NCBI GenBank assembly: GCA_016840095.1
Contig: JAEOSZ010000111.1
Coordinates: 64,001-128,000 of the forward strand
Reading direction: 5' to 3'
DNA: 64,000 bases
Source: Candidatus Heimdallarchaeota archaeon
GTDB lineage: Archaea; Asgardarchaeota; Heimdallarchaeia; Heimdallarchaeales; Heimdallarchaeaceae
Below are positions 57,581 to 64,000 of this stretch, piece by piece (position 1 is the stretch's first letter; every line of letters starts with the position of its first letter). The position numbers and the translations under genes are program-made. The notes beneath the pieces are model-generated. The model saw only the letters and a program-made list of their open reading frames with translations, was not told the DNA's origin and made no database searches.

Positions 57581-59503
57581 TTATTTCTCTCCCACATAGC
57601 CATCTCCAAACCACTTGAAGATGATTTCATCCATACGTTGTTCTATGCTTTTCTCAATCTCACCATGAAATTTGCTTGGGATATTAACAAGGTTCAGGTT
57701 TTTCACTGTTTCATGTAAAGATCTTCTTTGATGAAAAGTATCTTTCCTTGTTATAATGACCATTCCAGTATCTTTTTCACCGAATTCAGCCAATATTACT
57801 ATGTTTTCACCATAATCTATTTTCATAACTTTTCCAATTTCACCTGCAAAAACTTCACTTATTATATCTTTTGCTGCTCTAACCATCCCACCAAATAACA
57901 ATATATCATCAACTATTTTTTCTGATTTTATATATTTCTTCAAAGGAATTCCGGATCTATGAAGTATTATGAGTTGATTTGGAGAAATTTCGATTGGATC
58001 TTCTCCTACAGTTATTTTATATCTGATTAAATTTACTAACTCTCTTATTGTTTTCTGAGTTTCTAAAATAATCTTTCTTTGTTCTGCTCTATCTTCTGTG
58101 CTCAAAATTGATATAAATTTCTGATTAATATCTTCAAGAATGTTCTTAACTTCTTTTCTTTGTTGTGTTTCATTGGCAAACGTGTTAAAATCTTCAAGCA
58201 GTTTTGTACATTTATCTAGTTGAACTTGATTTGGATTTGAAATATAATTGAAAAGATGAACCTGCAGTAAATCTAAAATTATTTTAGCACTAAGGTGATC
58301 CATTCTCTTTTCTCCAGCAACCTTTAGTGCTTGATTTAAGTAACTCAAAGCTTTTGCAATGTTTAATTTTTGTATTTCTTTTTTACCTAAGAGATAGGAT
58401 ATGTGAGGATTAGAATTTATTTCATCTTCATTCCGACCATCTAGAATGGATGTTAACACTTTATTGAAATCATCGATTTTTCCTTGTTCAATCAATAGTT
58501 CAGCTAAAGAATAATCCACAAGATCATCTTTTGATCCAATTTCATCCAGTATTTCCTTTGATATAGAAAATTCCTGAATTGAGGTGGTGAATTCCCTTTT
58601 CTGAGCATATATTTCTCCAAGATGGGAATGTGCAAGAGCTACTGATCTTCTATCTCCCCACCGTTCATACCAAGTTATCACTTCTAATAATCTCTTCAAA
58701 GCATTATCTAATTTCCCTTCCATTCTCTCAACAACAGCTATGTTTGAAATAGCAGAAATCTTCCCTCTTTCCTTTTTAAGTTCTCTATAACTACTTTGAG
58801 CTTGTTCAAAGTATCTAATCGCTTCTCCCCAGTTTGCACCATATTTCTCCAGAATACCTAAAAGCATTTGAAATAGTGCTACGTAAATTCGATCACCATA
58901 GTTTTTTGCTTGATGCAAAAATTCTTTACACTTATTTTTTGAGATTTCAACGTTTTGTTCTATTCTCTCTAACCATAGTTTACCATAATTACAATTCAAC
59001 AAAATTTCTTGGAAGATATCTTTCTTTTCACCTAATAGTAATGATTCTAGATTTTCACATAAATTCTGATAAATCTCTAATGACTCTTTTCTCTTACCCT
59101 GCCTATTCTTTAATCTGGCTATTCCGTGCATACTAAAAGTCTTGATGAAAACATCCTCTGAAGATTTCAATTCTGAAAAGATGATTTCTGCTGATTGGTA
59201 ATCTCCTTTTCTGATATGTGCTATACCTTGCCAAAAAAGTAAATAAGCATTGTTTTTGTATTTTTGCAATTCTTGATTCAACATGTCAAATTTTGATAGA
59301 TTATAGAGTAGCTTACCCAACATGAAAAGCAATATATCAGAAGGGGTTTCAATTTTATTACGAATATTATTTACAATTTCTAGCTGTTCATTCAAAGAAT
59401 TTTTAGAGTATTTCTGCGCAATTTTCACATATAAATCCCTTTCATCAGATGTCAGAAAACTTGTATAGTGATGAATTTCAGGGAATATTTGTGTTTCAAC
59501 CAT
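57581..59503 (-). CDS. TPR repeat protein with C-terminal longin/roadblock-like domain
   Basis: Multiple TPR motifs (LG..Y...G...A); C-terminal LIILHRSGIPL..LFGGM.RA. Confidence 0.75.
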   Translation of the reverse strand: MVETQIFPEIHHYTSFLTSDERDLYVKIAQKYSKNSLNEQLEIVNNIRNKIETPSDILLFMLGKLLYNLSKFDMLNQELQKYKNNAYLLFWQGIAHIRKGDYQSAEIIFSELKSSEDVFIKTFSMHGIARLKNRQGKRKESLEIYQNLCENLESLLLGEKKDIFQEILLNCNYGKLWLERIEQNVEISKNKCKEFLHQAKNYGDRIYVALFQMLLGILEKYGANWGEAIRYFEQAQSSYRELKKERGKISAISNIAVVERMEGKLDNALKRLLEVITWYERWGDRRSVALAHSHLGEIYAQKREFTTSIQEFSISKEILDEIGSKDDLVDYSLAELLIEQGKIDDFNKVLTSILDGRNEDEINSNPHISYLLGKKEIQKLNIAKALSYLNQALKVAGEKRMDHLSAKIILDLLQVHLFNYISNPNQVQLDKCTKLLEDFNTFANETQQRKEVKNILEDINQKFISILSTEDRAEQRKIILETQKTIRELVNLIRYKITVGEDPIEISPNQLIILHRSGIPLKKYIKSEKIVDDILLFGGMVRAAKDIISEVFAGEIGKVMKIDYGENIVILAEFGEKDTGMVIITRKDTFHQRRSLHETVKNLNLVNIPSKFHGEIEKSIEQRMDEIIFKWFGDGYVGEK

Positions 59504-59504
59504 T

Positions 59505-60155
59505 TTAAAGCTCCGAATGCTTTTTCTTGTAGAAGGGACTATTTCTTTTTAGAGGAATTATATTGAAAGCTTCTGCATATTCTGTAGCTGCTTGAGCTCC
59601 TCTCATCTTTGTTCTACTCTTGTGAAAGTCTATGTAAAAATTCTCTCCACCTTTAGATAATTGTGATTCATAGCATTTTATTGATTGTTCTTTTTTCTCA
59701 TAATACTCGCTAATATCTACTAAAATGTGTGGATTGGGAATCAAAATAGTTGTTTCAGCAACATACAGTTTGGAAACAAGATGAGAATTATCATACTGTG
59801 TTTCATGAGCTGCCCACTCAATACCTTCTAATGCGATTTTGAATGTTGTTCTGTGATCAATATGGTAATCGTTCTCTAAGTGAGTTATTACTATTTCGGG
59901 TCGAAAGTCAAGAAGATAGGAAATGAAATCTTTTATTAATTCTGATTCTTTGCTTTTAACATCAGGATAATCAAAAATCACAGGTTTCTGGACACCTAAC
60001 ACTTTAGTTGCATTAAGATACTCCTCTTTTCTGACTGAATCAGAAGAAAGACAAAGTGTGCTGACTTCATTGCCTAAAGCTACATATTTTGCTATGGTTC
60101 CACCAGAACTTAATGCTTCATCATCTGGATGAGCGAATACAAATGCTATTTTCAC
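59505..60155 (-). CDS. PIG-L/LmbE family N-acetyl deacetylase (BshB-like)
   Basis: AHPDDE, DYHIDH, YESQ and RG....YAEAF motifs. Confidence 0.88.
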   Translation of the reverse strand: MKIAFVFAHPDDEALSSGGTIAKYVALGNEVSTLCLSSDSVRKEEYLNATKVLGVQKPVIFDYPDVKSKESELIKDFISYLLDFRPEIVITHLENDYHIDHRTTFKIALEGIEWAAHETQYDNSHLVSKLYVAETTILIPNPHILVDISEYYEKKEQSIKCYESQLSKGGENFYIDFHKSRTKMRGAQAATEYAEAFNIIPLKRNSPFYKKKHSEL

Positions 60156-60210
60156 AATTGTGTTAATGAAACAGAATATAAAAAGAATTCCAAGAACACT
60201 AGACTTGAAT

Positions 60211-61224
60211 TCATTCTTCTAAATATTTTACTACTTCAATACCTGCTTTATAACCATCTCCTATAAGAATAGGAGTGTAATCCAATTCTCCCTTAATGGT
60301 TCCAGCAGCAAACAAACCTTCTATATTTGTTGAATTATTTATTTGTGTGTTAATGAACCCATCTTCAGTTGTTGAAATATTAAGTTCTTCAAAAATTGAT
60401 AAATCTGGTTTATCCTTTAGCTCTATGAATACACCATTTACTGAAAGTTCTTTCATCTCACTTTCTTCTTGATACCTTAATCCTTCTACATTTTGACTTC
60501 CAAAGATTTCCACAGTATCAAGATTAACATTATTTCTTATTGTGATGTTAGAAGCTGCAGTTAGTTTCTTTAGAAATCTTTTATCGCAACCTAACTCATC
60601 ATCTGGACATAGAAGAGTTACTTTCCTACAGTACTTTCTTAGAAAAAGAGCTCCTCTAGCTACAAAATTACCTGTGCCTATAATTACAACCTTTCTTCCT
60701 CGAAAGAGAGCTCCATCGCAGACAGCACAATGTGAAACACCTTTGTGAACAAAAACCTCTTCTCCTTTTATTGTGTGATGAAGTTCTGGAAGACCGGTTG
60801 ATATTATAATTGATTTAGCTTCAATTGATTTTTCTTCAGTGTTGATAATGAACTTATTTTCTTCTTTAGATACAGATTTGACCATTTCATTAGTAATGTT
60901 CAATACTGGAACAACTTGATTAACATCTGACATGATTTCTTCTTTAGGAATTTCTTCTGCAGAATCAGAAGATATTTTGTCTTGAATAAACTCTAAGTTG
61001 AGACTCTGCACTTGGTCAACGATTTGTTGGATAAAATCAACACCAATAATTTTGCTAATACCTGGCAGAGTTTCTAATTCTCCTTTCTTTGCTGTATTTG
61101 AATCGAATGGAATACCAAACAATTTAATCTTTAAATCAGGATTTTTACTATATGCAGCAATAGCTGCTGATAAACCAGTAGCACCTGAACCAATAATAGC
61201 CAAATCACAATTCTCTGCATCCAT
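60211..61224 (-). CDS. Thioredoxin-reductase-like FAD-dependent oxidoreductase (divergent)
   Basis: IIGSGATG, STG, GVSHCAVCDG and GLFAAG motifs; the NADPH-binding GGG motif is altered to GTG. Confidence 0.8.
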   Translation of the reverse strand: MDAENCDLAIIGSGATGLSAAIAAYSKNPDLKIKLFGIPFDSNTAKKGELETLPGISKIIGVDFIQQIVDQVQSLNLEFIQDKISSDSAEEIPKEEIMSDVNQVVPVLNITNEMVKSVSKEENKFIINTEEKSIEAKSIIISTGLPELHHTIKGEEVFVHKGVSHCAVCDGALFRGRKVVIIGTGNFVARGALFLRKYCRKVTLLCPDDELGCDKRFLKKLTAASNITIRNNVNLDTVEIFGSQNVEGLRYQEESEMKELSVNGVFIELKDKPDLSIFEELNISTTEDGFINTQINNSTNIEGLFAAGTIKGELDYTPILIGDGYKAGIEVVKYLEE

Positions 61225-61351
61225 ATCAATACACTACTATTAAAATAAAAAAACTTTGTTGATAAGGAAAAGTCGAACATCAAAGTATTGACAAAAGATT
61301 ATTTTTGAAAATAAAAAATGAAAAATAAAAGATGAAAAAGGAAAAAAGGGC

Positions 61352-61567
61352 TTAGTTGTCTACAATAAAGTAGAATACTGACCTCATATCGTTTAAATTA
61401 CTTCTCTTAATTATTAACCCTAACTCAATCAATCTTCTTAGGGCATATCTTGCAGTTCTTGCAGGGATTGCCGAAGCTTTAATTAGTTGCTTTTGAGTTA
61501 GTGGACCCTTTTTTTCCAAAATAGAAAGAAGTTTTTTTCCCGAAACTGGTATTTCTTCATCTGCCAT
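61352..61567 (-). CDS. Small winged-HTH transcription regulator
   Basis: GPLTQKQL..IPARTARYALRRL..NLNDMR..Y. Confidence 0.85.
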   Translation of the reverse strand: MADEEIPVSGKKLLSILEKKGPLTQKQLIKASAIPARTARYALRRLIELGLIIKRSNLNDMRSVFYFIVDN

Positions 61568-61597
61568 ATTTGTTATCCCCTTGCTTAGTAAGTAATA

Positions 61598-61677
61598 CGG
61601 ATAAGCTACTCTTATAAAAGCAATCTCAGTATTTTATCCGCGATTGCTAGAGAGTTTCTAGAGGATTTATCCGCGAT
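61598..61677. promoter_or_regulatory. Repeated putative operator TTTATCCGCGAT (61633 and 61666) plus inverted half-site CGGATAA (61598)
   Basis: Exact 12-nt direct repeat with 33-nt period, upstream of the wHTH gene and flanking a TATA-like element. Confidence 0.55.
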
Positions 61678-61882
61678 ACACTGTTTGATATTTTACTTTT
61701 ATTCTAACGTAATATCGCACTAATACACAGCTAATTTTTTAGTGCTAAGAAGATAAGTGCTAAATGGCTATTTAAACTCATAAGATTTCTGATGACAAAT
61801 TGCTCTCTTTAGTTTATTTTTGGTTAAATCATAATAAAGCTTATAATGGTTAAACAGTCATATGTTTCTTTAGTGAGGTCTT

Positions 61883-62341
61883 GTGAGTCACAAAGTTGAA
61901 AGTTCTCCAGAAATATACCATTTAGCTAATCAGCTACAAAGAATCAACTATCTTGGGAATGTACAGACCATTCAAATCGAATTTGAATTTATACCTGAAG
62001 ATAAGAAAGTTGAACTTGACGATATGTTTCAAGACTCAACAGGTATTGGAAAATTTAAGTCTGATTTGATAATTCTTGAACAGATTTCTGGAAGAGATAT
62101 GTTGGAAATCATAAATACACTCCATAATATTAGTTTGATATTTGGTGATCTTTCAATCATAGATGGAATAACTTCGTTAGTTGAAGTAAGTTACAAAGGA
62201 GAAACGTACTTTGTAGTTGTTGCATATAACCCTTCAACCAGTGGTTTGGAGTTAATTTCAACATCAGAGAGTAAATTATATTTTGAGTTACTAAATTTTA
62301 TTAGAACCAAATGGGCTCTTTCAAAGACTTTCATCAAATGA
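61883..62341 (+). CDS. Hypothetical protein
   Basis: 152-aa ORF, GTG start after GAGGT. Confidence 0.6.
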   Translation: MSHKVESSPEIYHLANQLQRINYLGNVQTIQIEFEFIPEDKKVELDDMFQDSTGIGKFKSDLIILEQISGRDMLEIINTLHNISLIFGDLSIIDGITSLVEVSYKGETYFVVVAYNPSTSGLELISTSESKLYFELLNFIRTKWALSKTFIK

Positions 62342-62358
62342 TGGAATTGAATCCATTT

Positions 62359-63462
62359 TCATTCAACCAGTTTATCACTCAAAATTTGTTTCAGAAGCTT
62401 AACTTTAATTTGTACATCCTCATCTTCAAGTTGCTTCTTCTTGTTTTCTACTTTCTCGCTTATGTCATAGAGAATGTAGGAAGCAACATGAAAATCTACA
62501 GTTAACCCTTTGGAATAAAGATCCTGTAGTACAAAATCAGACCCCATTTTTGATAAAGCAAAATTATATCCCTTGAGAAATGCTATAATGTCCTTTTTTG
62601 TTTCATCAAAGTTTTTGTATTTCTGAAATTCTTTAATTAAAGGTTTAGCAAAAAAAGTTCCTATATCTTCTGCTCTATCTCTGCCTGGCATGATAAATTC
62701 TGGATCAATGATATACACTTTTATTTTTGGAGGAAACTCTTCAGTAATCTCACTCCCAGCTGAAGTAACATCTGAAGAAAATAATAGATTCCCTTGGTGA
62801 AAATCTCCATGAATTAGAGTTGAACCAAGAGATTCTTCTAAGGAAAGAAAAGAAGGAAGCATTAAATCCAAAATTTCTGATTCTAAAGAAGTGTCATTCA
62901 GAGTAGACAAAAGATACAATACTAGCTTCTTGTAAGGTTCTGTAGCAAATTTATTAGTTTCAACACCATGGATAGTTGATAGAGTCTGACCTGCTAATTG
63001 ATGTTTAAAATTCTTGTCGAGACTTGTCTCTCTAAAACTTTTTCCTGTAATCCCTTCGTAGATAATGCATCTATTTGAGTGACTCTTATAAATAATTTCA
63101 GGGATGTAAATACCAGGAAATCTTTCAGTTGTTTTGGAGATTATATCATAATTCTTTATTTCTTTGTTGTATCTCACATCGTCTGCTGAAAACTTTACAA
63201 CCAGGTTAATTGACTGTTCTCCAATATCAGTATTCAGATAATATGTTACGAAATGTACTTTAGATTTAGAGGTTCCTTTCTCAATTGAATTAACTTCCTT
63301 TATGGATATCAAAGAAGGTAATTCACCAGTAGTTTCGAAAATCTGTGATTTGAAATATGAGTCAAGACTCTCTCCAATTGTTGTAAGAATTATTCTTAGT
63401 TTTTGTTTCTTTCTAACTGAATCAGGAGAGAAGGATTCTGTTTTCTCATTCAAAAGACTCAC
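62359..63462 (-). CDS. APH/choline-kinase-like phosphotransferase
   Basis: VVKF..E, HGDFHQGN and IIDPE motifs. Confidence 0.75.
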   Translation of the reverse strand: MSLLNEKTESFSPDSVRKKQKLRIILTTIGESLDSYFKSQIFETTGELPSLISIKEVNSIEKGTSKSKVHFVTYYLNTDIGEQSINLVVKFSADDVRYNKEIKNYDIISKTTERFPGIYIPEIIYKSHSNRCIIYEGITGKSFRETSLDKNFKHQLAGQTLSTIHGVETNKFATEPYKKLVLYLLSTLNDTSLESEILDLMLPSFLSLEESLGSTLIHGDFHQGNLLFSSDVTSAGSEITEEFPPKIKVYIIDPEFIMPGRDRAEDIGTFFAKPLIKEFQKYKNFDETKKDIIAFLKGYNFALSKMGSDFVLQDLYSKGLTVDFHVASYILYDISEKVENKKKQLEDEDVQIKVKLLKQILSDKLVE

Positions 63463-63537
63463 TTTCTAAACCAATTATTAAAAACAAGTAAAAACCCACT
63501 GAAAAACTTACCTCTAATTTCTTCTCTCTTTCCCCAG

Positions 63538-63921
63538 TTATATTAGAAGATTTAGTGGATTTAACATTCCGATTATTTTGTCTCCGTCTACTACAATAAG
63601 ATGATTGATTTTGTGTTCTTTCATTTTTAATAATGCAGATGAAATAGTTTCATGAGCACTGATTTTTATTATTGGAGTTTGCATGACTTCTCGAACTTTA
63701 ACTTTTTTCAATTCCTTATCTTCAGAAATGACTTTTATAATATCCTTACTAGTGAGAATTCCTATTGCATTTCCATTATCTGCAACCAGCAAAGATCCAA
63801 CATCAAAATCTGCCATAATTGATGTGGCTTCGTAAAGATTTTTTGATGATTTTATATACAAAATTCCTTTTGTCATTACACTCGAAACTGGGTCATCAAT
63901 TTCGTAGGTTCTAAGTGTCAT
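63538..63921 (-). CDS. Tandem CBS domain protein
   Basis: VSSVM..VGSLLV..GILT.KD and VREVM..HL.V motifs. Confidence 0.9.
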   Translation of the reverse strand: MTLRTYEIDDPVSSVMTKGILYIKSSKNLYEATSIMADFDVGSLLVADNGNAIGILTSKDIIKVISEDKELKKVKVREVMQTPIIKISAHETISSALLKMKEHKINHLIVVDGDKIIGMLNPLNLLI

Positions 63922-64000
63922 CAGTATTATCTAGAACATTTAGAAGTTAAAGATTTTGTATAATGCAATAAAATTAAGACAAGCGATAAAGATAATTACC

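Noticed and set aside
60211-61224. Bacillithiol disulfide reductase YpdA/Bdr call
   Set aside because: Has a TrxR-type CxxC motif, which YpdA lacks; kept as TrxR-like

Overview
Gene-dense, AT-rich archaeal chromosome segment, most consistent with an Asgard archaeon, probably Heimdallarchaeia (inference). Archaeal markers are proteasome alpha/beta, Rpo5, Tsr3, AK6, OapA/B/C, CofC/D, bifunctional FBP aldolase/phosphatase, an intron-containing tRNA-Thr and RNase P RNA. These co-occur with eukaryote-like proteins: several small GTPases and longin/roadblock-like, TPR and SNAP-like proteins. I see no mobile element, CRISPR array or rRNA. There are three tRNAs, Arg(CCT), Thr(CGT) with a 13-nt intron and Arg(GCG), plus rnpB and a 54-aa Zn-ribbon gene missed by the ORF track. 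The most notable items are: (1) a single-pass receptor-like protein with a cytoplasmic Regnase-1/Zc3h12a-type RNase domain, lying between rnpB and a proteasome beta-alpha pair; (2) an Rpo5 with a eukaryote-type N-terminal domain and a histone-H1-like (AKKTTT)n tail, outside the usual RNA polymerase operon; (3) a 3-TM sensor-like gene followed by twin atypical GTPases; (4) bacillithiol synthesis genes; (5) a triple FBP aldolase/phosphatase cluster; and (6) bacterial-type acyl-lipid enzymes. All assignments come from reading motifs by eye; no searches were run.
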